A DNA stretch of 64,000 nt from Anaerolineales bacterium (GTDB taxonomy: Bacteria; Chloroflexota; Anaerolineae; Anaerolineales; UBA11858), in NCBI GenBank assembly GCA_049644605.1, contig JBARSF010000058.1, forward strand, positions 217,883-281,882, in the 5' to 3' direction. Below the pieces are notes generated by a model, which saw only the letters and a program-made list of their open reading frames with translations, ran no database searches and had not been told where the DNA came from. Numbering within the stretch: position 1 is the first letter of the stretch; every line of letters begins with the position of its first letter. Shown here in pieces: positions 25,517 to 35,102 of this stretch. The position numbers were made by a program, and so were the translations under genes.

Positions 25517-26350
25517 ATGGTGTCGGTTGAAAAAGCCAGGGATTTTGTCCATGCCCACGGGGTGATGTGGGAAAGAGCTTTATGGGATTATTTATTTGAT
25601 AATGGTCCGGTTGAGAAGGTCCACCAGCGGCTAGCCTGCTACAAAAACAGCGATGGGGGTTGGGGCCACGGCTTGGAACACGACATCAAAGCCCCTATTC
25701 CCAACCCGTTGATGCTGGAATTCCTGCTTTCAATTATCCGCGTCACCAGATTACCGGTTGGAAGCTTACTGGAAGGCACATCGGAGTGGTTGGAAAAAAT
25801 CCAGAAACCGGACGGCTCCCTCGAAAACCCTCCTGAATTGCTTAACTATCCACACGCACAGTGGTGGCAGGAGGGACAAAGCATTCCAGATTCAATTACA
25901 GGCAACCTGCTGGCACTTAAACTCTGCCCCCCACCTGTCCGGGAAAAGACCAGGATGTGGGTGCAGAAGAACCTGACACTGGAAAAAATCCACGCCAATA
26001 ACTGGTTGTTTATGGCTTACCATCCCCATGACTATTTTCTGAATGAGGATAGTTTTCCAGATCTGGAAGAATACCAAACTGCAGCTTTGGAGAATATCTA
26101 TGCTTGTGCTCTTGGCCATGAAGAGCGGGGAGAAATGAACAAACTTTTCCCCTTCTTTAAATTTGCCACTGGGGCAGAATCGCGAGTCGCCAAGGAGGCG
26201 CCATCAGGTTTGGTAGACCGGATCCTGGATCACCTGGTATCTTCGCAGCGTGAAGATGGAGGTTGGGATGATGAACACGGCCTTCCCTACTGGCAGCCCT
26301 ATTTTTCCACAATTATTTTGTTGGCGCTAAAACGTTTTGGGCGACTTTGA
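25517..26350 (+). CDS. Hypothetical protein with prenyltransferase/terpene-cyclase-like repeats
   Basis: Repeated (N/Q).(S/P)DGGWG / QKPDGS / QREDGGW motifs. Confidence 0.55.
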   Translation: MVSVEKARDFVHAHGVMWERALWDYLFDNGPVEKVHQRLACYKNSDGGWGHGLEHDIKAPIPNPLMLEFLLSIIRVTRLPVGSLLEGTSEWLEKIQKPDGSLENPPELLNYPHAQWWQEGQSIPDSITGNLLALKLCPPPVREKTRMWVQKNLTLEKIHANNWLFMAYHPHDYFLNEDSFPDLEEYQTAALENIYACALGHEERGEMNKLFPFFKFATGAESRVAKEAPSGLVDRILDHLVSSQREDGGWDDEHGLPYWQPYFSTIILLALKRFGRL

Positions 26351-26404
26351 TTAAATATACCGGGTAAACCAAACCAGCACAGTATTGGCTTCAGCCGCTC
26401 TCTT

Positions 26405-27475
26405 ATGAAATCAAAATCATTCTACCCTCAAGCTGCCTTCTTGTTATTGGCTATCATTTTCTGGGGGATGCTTTCCGGTTGTGGGAAATCTAAAGGCGTC
26501 CCTCTCTTGTCCGTCGCGACAGAAGTTGTCCAGCTGCCGCCGGGCATGTCAGAAGCAGGGGCTGAAACTTTGATGACCCTGGAACAGCTTGATGATTTTC
26601 CCCTCTATACCATGCAGTACCTGGCAGCCTATGATCAGGATCTGGTACTTGAGGCGACAGACATGATCCCCAACCTGCCGACGGCAACCTGGGCATGTTC
26701 ATTATTCGCAGCGATGGGTGATCCGGAAGAAATGTTCTTTGGCCGAAATTTTGACTGGGAATTCAGCCCCGCTCTGCTGCTATTTACATATCCACCAGAT
26801 GGGTATGCTGCAGTTTCCATGGTGGATATCGCCTATTTGGGTTATGGTGATGGGGAAGCTTTTGGGCTAACCGAGCTGCCGCTCAACGAGCTGACAGACT
26901 TGCTGATTGCCCCCTACCTTCCCTTTGATGGCATGAATGAAGCAGGGCTGGCGGTTGGCATGGCAGCCGTACCTCCGGGAGGATTAACTACCGATCCGGA
27001 AAAAGAAACCGTTGGTTCGTTGCTGGCGATTCGAAAGATACTTGATAAGGCTGCTACTGTCAACGAGGCGATTGTGATTCTAAAGAGCTATAATATCGAT
27101 TTTTTGGAAGGCCCCCCTCTCCATTACTTAATAGCTGACAAATCAGGTCGGTCAGCGCTGGTGGAATTCTCCAAGGGTGAGGTGAAAGTAATTCCCAATG
27201 CAGATCCCTGGCAGATGACAACAAATTTTTTAATTTCAGAAACCTGGTCTGATCCTGAAACCATGTGCTGGCGTTATGCGGTGATTTCAGAGAGGATGAC
27301 AGAATCTGAAGGCCAGCTCACCAGTCAAGAATCAATGGGACTGCTGGAAGGTGTGGCCCAGGAAGGCACCCAGTGGTCTGTTGTGTATGGATTCAGCACC
27401 GGGCAGATCCAGCTAGTGATGGACCGGGATTATAATAACGTTTATACCTTTAGTCTGGGGGACTCTAGAGACTAA
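26405..27475 (+). CDS. Ntn-hydrolase lipoprotein (peptidase C45 / choloylglycine-hydrolase-like)
   Basis: Lipobox LSGC. Candidate nucleophile Cys in TWACSLFAA. FGRNFDW motif. Confidence 0.6.
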   Translation: MKSKSFYPQAAFLLLAIIFWGMLSGCGKSKGVPLLSVATEVVQLPPGMSEAGAETLMTLEQLDDFPLYTMQYLAAYDQDLVLEATDMIPNLPTATWACSLFAAMGDPEEMFFGRNFDWEFSPALLLFTYPPDGYAAVSMVDIAYLGYGDGEAFGLTELPLNELTDLLIAPYLPFDGMNEAGLAVGMAAVPPGGLTTDPEKETVGSLLAIRKILDKAATVNEAIVILKSYNIDFLEGPPLHYLIADKSGRSALVEFSKGEVKVIPNADPWQMTTNFLISETWSDPETMCWRYAVISERMTESEGQLTSQESMGLLEGVAQEGTQWSVVYGFSTGQIQLVMDRDYNNVYTFSLGDSRD

Positions 27476-27550
27476 CTAGTTATAGAGAGTATTGTCGGGA
27501 AATAATAACAGCCACCATCGATGATCGTTTTGATCAGGTGATTATTAAAA

Positions 27551-27578
27551 AGAGGGCGGCTATTACCAGCCGCTCTCT
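27551..27578. terminator. Bidirectional terminator between convergent genes
   Basis: AGAGGGCGGC-TATTACCA-GCCGCTCTCT (10-bp stem, one G-U), flanked by an A-run on the left and a T-rich tract on the right. Confidence 0.65.
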
Positions 27579-27584
27579 TTCCGT

Positions 27585-28082
27585 TTAGGTAAACTTTTTT
27601 AGATTCTCGGGATCGGAAAAAAATTCCGCGGCTTCTTCTATGGAGGAAGGAAAACCAGCCAGCCATTCCGGATACTCTGCGTCCAAAGCCAGATCTGACA
27701 TGGGCAGATAAGGTTTAATATCCAATACTGGAGTGCCGTCAAAGGCATCGATGTACGCCAAATCCACCAATCCGGAATCTTCGTCCACATTAATCAAGGT
27801 TGATGTGGTGATAGCAATAGGATTGGGGCGGGCCTGGGAGCGATTGGCAAAGACCCCCGATTGCAGCCCCGGGGCATAGGGCAGATCTACAACAAGATCT
27901 CCCTCCCTGCCGCCAGGATTATCCAGACGGTCAGCCCACCAAAGGATGATAGCGTGGGTGCAGCTTCCCAATCCCTGCAAGGCGGGACGGTAAGCTTCCT
28001 GAATTTGCAGCCGGAAGAGGCCGATACTTTCGTCTACCTCTACCCGGCCGATTGGAGTAATTTCATAACACGTTTGGTTCAT
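27585..28082 (-). CDS. TsaA/TrmO (YaeB)-like SAM-dependent methyltransferase domain protein
   Basis: ITPIGRVE..., SH.IILWW, NRSQARPNPIA and GTPVLDIKPYLP. Confidence 0.8.
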   Translation of the reverse strand: MNQTCYEITPIGRVEVDESIGLFRLQIQEAYRPALQGLGSCTHAIILWWADRLDNPGGREGDLVVDLPYAPGLQSGVFANRSQARPNPIAITTSTLINVDEDSGLVDLAYIDAFDGTPVLDIKPYLPMSDLALDAEYPEWLAGFPSSIEEAAEFFSDPENLKKFT

Positions 28083-28696
28083 GGTTTGGTTTCCTCTTCT
28101 GTTCCTTGGTTTGGTCCAGTTTTCTGCTTATTTTGAGCCTCACGGTCCAATTCTTCCAGGCGGGTGATCAGGTTCGCCAGGAAGGAGAGTTCAGCATCGC
28201 CCAGGACAAAACCGTAATCAAACAACACATCCAGCGGGAAAAAGGAAGGACCCAGGTTTTCCAGTTCGTCACGCTGGCGCTGGAGATCCATTTCCAACCA
28301 ATCACGGTAGGCCATGACTGCTTCCAGTGCTTCTCCGGGAGGGATGTTCCAAAGGTTGTGCAAGCCCATTAAAAAGTTGGTATAGGTAGTTTTTGGTTGC
28401 TGAAGAGCCTGAATAGTGGCACTTTTCCAGGTTGACGTGCCATATTGGGTAATCTGATAGACCTTTCGAGGCCTTTTGGGACGTTTTCCAGGTTCCTCCA
28501 GGAGCTGCTCGATACATCCTTTTTCTTCCAGTTTTCCCAATAGATAATAAATGGAAGAGGTAGATAGATCCGTCCAGGCTCGCATATTGCGTTGAGTGAT
28601 TTGACCTTCAATCTGATAGCCGTGCATGGGCCCTTCACAGATCAAGCTGAGGATGACCAGTTCGGCATCGGTTAAGGTTTGTTCCGTCATAGACAT
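28079..28696 (-). CDS. PadR-family transcriptional regulator
   Basis: LVILSLICEGPMHGYQI...SIYYLLGKLEEKG. The stop overlaps the start of the downstream TsaA-like gene. Confidence 0.85.
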   Translation of the reverse strand: MSMTEQTLTDAELVILSLICEGPMHGYQIEGQITQRNMRAWTDLSTSSIYYLLGKLEEKGCIEQLLEEPGKRPKRPRKVYQITQYGTSTWKSATIQALQQPKTTYTNFLMGLHNLWNIPPGEALEAVMAYRDWLEMDLQRQRDELENLGPSFFPLDVLFDYGFVLGDAELSFLANLITRLEELDREAQNKQKTGPNQGTEEETKP

Positions 28697-28708
28697 ATTC
28701 CAGCGCTG

Positions 28709-28755
28709 TAATATTCCAGTACTGGAATATTAACCGATTTCTGGCTGGGTGTCAA
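28709..28755 (-). promoter_or_regulatory. Promoter plus 24-bp perfect palindrome upstream of the PadR-TsaA-like operon
   Basis: Minus strand: TTGACA (28755-28750), 17 nt, TAATAT (28732-28727). Palindrome TAATATTCCAGT/ACTGGAATATTA (28709-28732) overlaps the -10. An extra half-site ATATTCCAG is at 28695-28703. Confidence 0.65.
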
Positions 28756-28817
28756 GGGGAAAAAGGATTTCCTTTGATTTGAGGAGGTTATTATTATTCT
28801 AAGACGCCAGAATAATA

Positions 28818-29726
28818 TTAGTGATTACCAAAATCCTTAGGCGGCAGTGAGATCAGGAACCCGTACACGGCCGCCAACTCCAAGTCTGACAGGTGGCGAT
28901 ACGATGTCCAGGGCATGTAATCCGGGTGGATGGCGCGGCCGTGTTTTTCCCCCTCTCGGATAATCTGCATAAATCCCTCTTCACCCCAGGACGGCAGGCG
29001 CCCCCCTTTTCCAGGGGTCAGATTACCCGCTGCCGGCCACTCTGGCGGAAAGCCGGGAATTTCTCCGCCCGAGAAGGATAATCCATGGCAAACCGGGCAG
29101 GACAAAGCCAGGTATTCTCCATATCCCGGACTGAGCCCGGGTTCTGGCGCAGCAGGTGGATCTTGATCATGAGGGATCAGCTCAGCTGGCAGGAAAGTGA
29201 TTTCCCGGGTCAGGTTCATGACCATAAACCCTGTCGTGGATAGCTGGCTGGGATCCGGTTGATTGTCAACCGGCGACATACGTCGAATATAAGCCAGAAC
29301 AGCCCCCAAGTCCTGATCAGAGAGATAATAAAATTCTGTTGAAGGCATAAACAGCAGCGGAGTGCCATCCGGTCTCAATCCATGCCGGACAGCCCGGACG
29401 AGGTCCAGATCGGTTCGGTCACCGCCAACCCCGCCTTTTCCGCTGGTCAAATTAGGGGTGATCACCTGGCCAACAGCCGGGTTATCCAGATAAACCAATC
29501 CTTCAAGCCGCTCTCCATGGCAGGCTTCACAGCCCCGGTATTGAAAAATCCGTTTGCCTTCCCTTAAGCTAATTTCATCATCTGGGAGGAAAACAGAAAT
29601 AGGTGTGACCTCGTATACTCTGTTGAGTCTCTTTTGTCCCAAGCCATAGAGGGCAAGTCCTGCCGCCAGTACAAGACCAATGATCCCTCCCAGGAGAATC
29701 ACAACCCACTTGATAAGCGGGTTCAT
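28818..29726 (-). CDS. Membrane-anchored dihaem c-type cytochrome
   Basis: N-terminal TM helix. Two CxxCH motifs (CEACH, CPVCH). Confidence 0.8.
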   Translation of the reverse strand: MNPLIKWVVILLGGIIGLVLAAGLALYGLGQKRLNRVYEVTPISVFLPDDEISLREGKRIFQYRGCEACHGERLEGLVYLDNPAVGQVITPNLTSGKGGVGGDRTDLDLVRAVRHGLRPDGTPLLFMPSTEFYYLSDQDLGAVLAYIRRMSPVDNQPDPSQLSTTGFMVMNLTREITFLPAELIPHDQDPPAAPEPGLSPGYGEYLALSCPVCHGLSFSGGEIPGFPPEWPAAGNLTPGKGGRLPSWGEEGFMQIIREGEKHGRAIHPDYMPWTSYRHLSDLELAAVYGFLISLPPKDFGNH

Positions 29727-30160
29727 TTTCCGGCTCCTTTGGTAAACAGGGTTAAGCTGCCATCCTCATCCAGCTCTACCTGAAAGGAAGGTAAATTATT
29801 TTCAGCTGGCCCTTTGAGCACCAGGCCATTGGAATCAAACCTGGAGCCGTGGCAGGGACAGGTAAAATTTTCTCCGTCTTCTTCCACCAAACAGCCCAAG
29901 TGGGTGCAGCTTAAGCTGAATGATGAGTACTCCCCTCCGTGGTTGTAAATCACCGCCGGAATATCCGGGCGAATGATTTTAGATCCGGAAGGGATCTCCG
30001 CGGCATTTCCCAGATCAAAACTGGCTGGTGAGCCTGGATCAGGACGGAAGCTGAAATAACGGATCAATCCACCCAGTCCAAGAATCCCGGCAAACCCCAA
30101 AGCCAGTTTGCTGGAGAGCTGGATAAATTTCCGGCGGGGCAGGTTTTTTTCTTCAACCAT
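29723..30160 (-). CDS. Rieske [2Fe-2S] protein
   Basis: Tat-like RRKFIQ. CTHLGC ... CPCHGS boxes. Confidence 0.9.
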   Translation of the reverse strand: MVEEKNLPRRKFIQLSSKLALGFAGILGLGGLIRYFSFRPDPGSPASFDLGNAAEIPSGSKIIRPDIPAVIYNHGGEYSSFSLSCTHLGCLVEEDGENFTCPCHGSRFDSNGLVLKGPAENNLPSFQVELDEDGSLTLFTKGAGK

Positions 30161-30172
30161 AGGTCCAATTCC

Positions 30173-31924
30173 TTACTTAATAAAACCAAGTATTGTCAGG
30201 AAAAATATTACGCCAATAATCAAAGCCCCCACAAGCTGTGCTATCCGGTTTCCCGGGGGAAACCAGCGCCCCCATTCCTTTTCTTTGGCATTGGGCAGCA
30301 GGTACGGCAGCATCCCCAACACCACTACAATCAGGATCGGCACAGCGATTCCCCACAGGAACGGGCTGCCCAGCTGAAGCAGTTCCTGAATCCAGAGGAA
30401 AAACCAGGGAGCCCGGGAATCTCCGGTTAAGGTGCTGTTTTCTAAAATCGGTTGGTCAATTGGAGCCGGGATCAAGGCGGAGAGTAAAAGCAAGATCGCT
30501 CCCGCGATCAGCATTGCCAATAGCTCCTGTTGAACCAATTCAAATCGGGAGATGCGCTGGATCTTTTCACCTTTGGTGGACGGTGGGCTGGAGATTCCAC
30601 CATCGCGGCGAACCCGGAAAATATGCCAGACGGTCACACCAGCTACTGCCAGAGTTAATCCAAATACGTGCCAGGTGTAAAACCGGATCAACGCAGCTGC
30701 CCCTGGCTCAGAGCCGCCAATCACAAAATCATATAAACCTTCTCCAATTCCGGGGATGGTTTTCAAAAGATTGGTTCCCACCACCAGTGCCCAGCGAATG
30801 CCTTCGTCCCACCTTAAAACATATCCTGTGAAATCCAACAGCAGGATCAGAATCAGCAGAATTAATCCCAGAAGATAATTAAACCGCCGTGGCGGGGCAT
30901 TGGCCCCGGTCAGCACCACCCGCAGCAGGTGGATGGTCATTGTGATAACTAGCAGCTGGGCAGACCAGTAGTGGGTGTTACGGATCAGGTTCCCAAAAGG
31001 GACCAGAGCGGTTATGGTCTGGACGGAGATGGCTGCCTGGTCCGGGGAGGGCTGGTAGTAATACATCTCCAGCAGCCCGGTGATCAACAAAATAATCGAA
31101 AAGAAAACCGCCAGTCCCCCAGCGCCCAGAGTGTAGCCGAAGCGTGCTTGGGCTGCGGGAATTTTTGGGGGATGCAGATGATGGTAAAAGTTCCCTTTTT
31201 GTTTTCCAGCTGTCTTATCGGTTCCCAATCTTTTTCTTAGGGAGATCCCCACTGCAGACAGAACCAGGGTCAGGGAAAGGAGCACAACACCTGGGTACTC
31301 ACTTTTGGGCAGCTTGACCTCCCGGTGAAGCGGGATGGCTGCGGCGCTGCTCCCACTAAGCTCATAATCCCCTAAATTTCTTTTATTGAGGGTTATCAGG
31401 AGGGCTGCCAGTTCCCAGGTTTGCTCGCTGGAGAGTGAACCGCTGGGCGAGAGAGGCATATTCCCCTGGATAAAAGCCCCCAATTCAAAGGCGTTCGAAA
31501 AACGGGGCAGGGCCCCTGGCCCAGCCAGGGCGGGCGCGCCGCTTTTCAGGATCACAAAGCTGTTCTTGGCAGCATTTTCCCCGTGGCAGCCGGATGCCCA
31601 GCAGTCCTGGTAATCCGGCGCGAACGCTGCCCGCCAGTCGGCGGTCAGGCCCTGCCCCCGGTCTCCATGGCAGTCCTGGCAGATACCCCAGTAGGCTTGG
31701 GCACCGTTATCCGACTGAGCGGGAGGATAAACGGTTGGCGGGGGACCAGGTCTGTCACCCAGCGGTAAAGTCGCCTGGATACTTATTCGAGTTGGAGACG
31801 CGTTGGCATGTCCTGAAGAAAACAGGATCCCCCCTCCAATCAGGAATACAAAAAATAGAATAACCAGGAACCGGGATAGTTTACGCATTTTATTCTTTTT
31901 ATTCGCTCTTTTTGGATTATACAA
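30173..31924 (-). CDS. Cytochrome b (b6/subunit-IV type, fused) with N-terminal c-type haem domain
   Basis: CQDCH haem motif in the N-terminal domain. Cytochrome b helices with RNTHYWSAQLLV..HLLRV and FYTWHV..WHIF His pairs. PWFFLW (subunit-IV-like). The start may be ATG 31888. Confidence 0.85.
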   Translation of the reverse strand: MYNPKRANKKNKMRKLSRFLVILFFVFLIGGGILFSSGHANASPTRISIQATLPLGDRPGPPPTVYPPAQSDNGAQAYWGICQDCHGDRGQGLTADWRAAFAPDYQDCWASGCHGENAAKNSFVILKSGAPALAGPGALPRFSNAFELGAFIQGNMPLSPSGSLSSEQTWELAALLITLNKRNLGDYELSGSSAAAIPLHREVKLPKSEYPGVVLLSLTLVLSAVGISLRKRLGTDKTAGKQKGNFYHHLHPPKIPAAQARFGYTLGAGGLAVFFSIILLITGLLEMYYYQPSPDQAAISVQTITALVPFGNLIRNTHYWSAQLLVITMTIHLLRVVLTGANAPPRRFNYLLGLILLILILLLDFTGYVLRWDEGIRWALVVGTNLLKTIPGIGEGLYDFVIGGSEPGAAALIRFYTWHVFGLTLAVAGVTVWHIFRVRRDGGISSPPSTKGEKIQRISRFELVQQELLAMLIAGAILLLLSALIPAPIDQPILENSTLTGDSRAPWFFLWIQELLQLGSPFLWGIAVPILIVVVLGMLPYLLPNAKEKEWGRWFPPGNRIAQLVGALIIGVIFFLTILGFIK

Positions 31925-32085
31925 CAGCTATGATGGTATTCAGATCAGCTCACCGGGAGTAAATCTATCCTGATCTTATTGACCATTATATGTGTATTCG
32001 CTATACTTGGAACCATCGACGATTTAACATCAGAAATCATTAACGATATTTTTTAAAGATGTATAGTTTTATCAGGATGAGGTGA

Positions 32086-33072
32086 ATGATGAAAGCCAAA
32101 GAATTTGGACAGGCAAATAATGTTTCCTTAACCGTTTTGGTGGATAATAAAGCAGATCTGATTGTTGAATCATCTGATCGAGTTATGTATTTTTCTGATA
32201 AGCCGCTCCTGGCGGAGCATGGACTCTCTGTCCTGATTCAGCTGGATGATTCTGAAGACAAGATTCTCTGGGATGCTGGAGTATCCAAAATTGCTCTGAT
32301 GGAAAATATCCGGCGCATGAAGCTGGATATAACAACAATCAAACATATAGCCCTCAGCCACGGCCACAGTGATCATTATATGGCAATGACTGAGGTCTTG
32401 AATGGTCTGGATCTACTTCCCACAGGGGAAGATTGGGGAGCGGATATTACTATAAATGACGTTAAAGCCTGGTTTACCGCTTCTCGGATTCCCCTAATTG
32501 CTCATCCGGCAGCTTTTCGGGAACGCTGGAAGCAGAAAGATGATGGTAATTTGGTTGGCCCATTTAAACCACCACCTCAAGAGGAGTGGAGAGCTGCTGG
32601 AGCCGAGATCATCCTCTCGGAAGGACCCTATCAGTTAAAACCCGGCTGCTGGATAACAGGGTATATACCCAGGAATAGTTTTGAATACTCAGGTAGATCG
32701 GATAGGCGGCGGTATCGGGTGGGTTCAGAAATAAAACCCGATGATCTGGAAGATGACCAGGCAATCGTAATTAATGTTAAGAAAAAAGGATTGGTGGTTT
32801 TATCCGGCTGCGCTCATTCAGGGATAGTGAACACGGTTGAATACGCCAAGGAAATTTCAGGTATTCAAAAAGTTCATGCTGTTATCGGCGGTTTCCATTT
32901 AGCCCAGGCGGATGAAGATGAGATTAACCAAACCGTTGACTATTTCTTGGAGATACAGCCCCAACTGGTCGTGCCAGGTCACTGCACGGGGTTTAAAGCG
33001 ATCAGCCGACTTGCGCAGGCCATGCCCGACCAGTTTGTTGAAGGTGTGGTCGGCGCAACCTATCTGTTTTAA
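32086..33072 (+). CDS. MBL-fold metallo-hydrolase
   Basis: HIALSHGHSDHY motif, later GCAHSG and GHCTG. Confidence 0.8.
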   Translation: MMKAKEFGQANNVSLTVLVDNKADLIVESSDRVMYFSDKPLLAEHGLSVLIQLDDSEDKILWDAGVSKIALMENIRRMKLDITTIKHIALSHGHSDHYMAMTEVLNGLDLLPTGEDWGADITINDVKAWFTASRIPLIAHPAAFRERWKQKDDGNLVGPFKPPPQEEWRAAGAEIILSEGPYQLKPGCWITGYIPRNSFEYSGRSDRRRYRVGSEIKPDDLEDDQAIVINVKKKGLVVLSGCAHSGIVNTVEYAKEISGIQKVHAVIGGFHLAQADEDEINQTVDYFLEIQPQLVVPGHCTGFKAISRLAQAMPDQFVEGVVGATYLF

Positions 33073-33175
33073 AAACTTGGAACCGGACCGCTCACAATCA
33101 GCAGAAAAATTTTTGATCTAACGAAACACCTTAAAACAAACCCTCATCAAGAGTATTCTGCCATTTATCCTTCTG

Positions 33176-33820
33176 ATGAATTGTTACATGGGTCACTATA
33201 GTCTTATAGTATTTGTTTTTCTCTCGGGAATAAGCTGTATCTGGTTTTATTATCGTGAGCCCGAATGGCTGGTTTATATCTTCAAACCGTTGACCATGGT
33301 ATTGATTTGCCTGATAGCTATCCTGGGGGGCAATCAGTTCACGATATATAAAATAATGATCGTCGCTGGTTTGAGCTTTTCCCTGGCGGGTGATGTGTTT
33401 TTGATGCTGCCTTCAGACCGATTCCTGGCGGGAATAGCTGCATTTTTATTAACGCATCTTTTTTATAGTGTGGCTTTTGGCTCTTTAATCAGTTCGCTGA
33501 TCTGGTGGCCGCTTTTTCCCCTTGTTATTTGTGCGATCGTGTTTATTAGAAGTTTTTCCCCCCATTTCGGCAACCTCAAAATCCCCATCCTGATTTATAT
33601 CCTGACTATTACCCTGATACTCTGGTTTGCCGGGGAGAGATGGATCCAGGAACCACACAACAGTTCGCTCCTGGCATTCGGAGGAGCGATCCTGTTTGTT
33701 ATTTCTGATATTCTACTGGCGACAGATCGATTTAAGGGGGAATTTAGAAAATCCAGGGCTATCGTCCTGGGCATTTATTTTACATCCCAGATGCTGATTG
33801 CCAGTTCAACAAGATTTTAA
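33176..33820 (+). CDS. Lysoplasmalogenase (YhhN/TMEM86) family membrane protein
   Basis: About 8 TM segments. SLAGDVFLM and FVISDILLA motifs. Confidence 0.7.
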   Translation: MNCYMGHYSLIVFVFLSGISCIWFYYREPEWLVYIFKPLTMVLICLIAILGGNQFTIYKIMIVAGLSFSLAGDVFLMLPSDRFLAGIAAFLLTHLFYSVAFGSLISSLIWWPLFPLVICAIVFIRSFSPHFGNLKIPILIYILTITLILWFAGERWIQEPHNSSLLAFGGAILFVISDILLATDRFKGEFRKSRAIVLGIYFTSQMLIASSTRF

Positions 33821-33858
33821 GTTTTGATTATGAGTATTCTTTTGAGTTCCAGGGAAAA

Positions 33859-34053
33859 TTAATCCTGATCCACGGGATTGAGTTTGTCCATGTCCGGCAG
33901 CTTTCCTGTCAGTTTACGGGGCTGATGAATTAAAATCGGGAAGTGTTCGGAGCAAATCCGGAATTCCCCCTCTTTATAATTAAACACAACCAGCGGCACC
34001 TGGGTATCATCCCGACCGCAATGGATGCAAGCATGTTTTTGGATTCCAGTCAT
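33859..34053 (-). CDS. Small CxxC hypothetical protein
   Basis: HACIHCGRDD...RICSEHFPILIH. Downstream of the sigma/anti-sigma pair. Confidence 0.5.
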   Translation of the reverse strand: MTGIQKHACIHCGRDDTQVPLVVFNYKEGEFRICSEHFPILIHQPRKLTGKLPDMDKLNPVDQD

Positions 34054-34137
34054 GATTTCTCCTCTTCAGAATACTATTAAAACAACGAGTAATTTCCCAA
34101 ACGGGGATTTTAATTTAACCTCATCAATTGCAGCGAT

Positions 34138-34374
34138 CTAATCGATAATGGCTTTTAAGGCTTCCAGCAGGGTTTCATATTCTTCGCGGCAGGCCCCGCA
34201 GCGGTCCAGATGGTCTTTCACCAAGGGCATAACTTCTACTGCGTTTTTACCACTTAATTCCATTTCAATAAAAAGGTCCAACTCATCATAACAATGCCCG
34301 CAGGTGAGTTCATACTCCCGGGTCTTTTTGACCACTTCCATCATTTTTTTTATGTCTTCACTTGATAATTTCAT
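34138..34374 (-). CDS. Putative zinc-finger (zf-HC2-like) anti-sigma factor, cytoplasmic
   Basis: CGHC...H..RCGAC pattern. Lies immediately downstream of the ECF sigma gene. Confidence 0.65.
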   Translation of the reverse strand: MKLSSEDIKKMMEVVKKTREYELTCGHCYDELDLFIEMELSGKNAVEVMPLVKDHLDRCGACREEYETLLEALKAIID

Positions 34375-34418
34375 TTCCTGCTCCTGGCATTCTGATGCTT
34401 TCTAGGCCAAGTCTCTTA

Positions 34419-35039
34419 CTAGGTCTCAAAAACTTCAATAATGTCTTGTGGAGTTAATCCCTGTTTCAGAATCCGATTCCGCATTTGTTTTCTGGCATCA
34501 TGAAGTAATTTGTAGAGGGCGTTCCGGTTTGTGTCCAACCGGCGGGCAACTTCATCAATGGGCATACCCCCTTTCATAATTGCTAATAATGCCGTTCGCT
34601 GGCGTTCGGTTAGGTCTTCATTAATCATAGTTTCAATCATCTCAGACATGACATTTTGAGTGGCGCGTTTTTCTGGGTCAGGGCTGGGGTCAGCCAGAAC
34701 CAGGGGCGTAAAATCACCACTGTCTTCCGGGAGCAGGTCTTCCAGGGAGATATCCTTCCAGCGCTGGCGGCGCATTTCAGTAAATGCCACCCGGACAGCA
34801 ACTTTTTGGGCCCAGGTTGTAAAGCGGCTTTCCCCCCGGAAGGTATCCATTTTATCCAGTATCCGCAAAATGGCATCCTGAACAAAATCTTCCACCTGGG
34901 CTTCAAGATCGGTTTTGATCCGGGAGGAAAGGGCGTAGATCAACCCTCGTTTGAGCACCTTCCTAAGATCTTCAATTGCCTGGTCCTGGTTGGGACCCTG
35001 AAGATCGGTGAGCCATTCTTCATTTGTCCGTGTTGGCAT
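34419..35039 (-). CDS. ECF-type sigma-70 family RNA polymerase sigma factor
   Basis: Region 2 (DFVQDAILRILDKMDTFRGESRFTTWAQKVA) and region 4 (LTERQRTALL...IDEVARRLDTNRNALYKLLHDARK). Confidence 0.85.
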   Translation of the reverse strand: MPTRTNEEWLTDLQGPNQDQAIEDLRKVLKRGLIYALSSRIKTDLEAQVEDFVQDAILRILDKMDTFRGESRFTTWAQKVAVRVAFTEMRRQRWKDISLEDLLPEDSGDFTPLVLADPSPDPEKRATQNVMSEMIETMINEDLTERQRTALLAIMKGGMPIDEVARRLDTNRNALYKLLHDARKQMRNRILKQGLTPQDIIEVFET

Positions 35040-35102
35040 GGTTCTTCTCCTTGGGAGATGAACAAATTATAGCATGCCCAACAATGCAAAAAAAATAATT
35101 GT

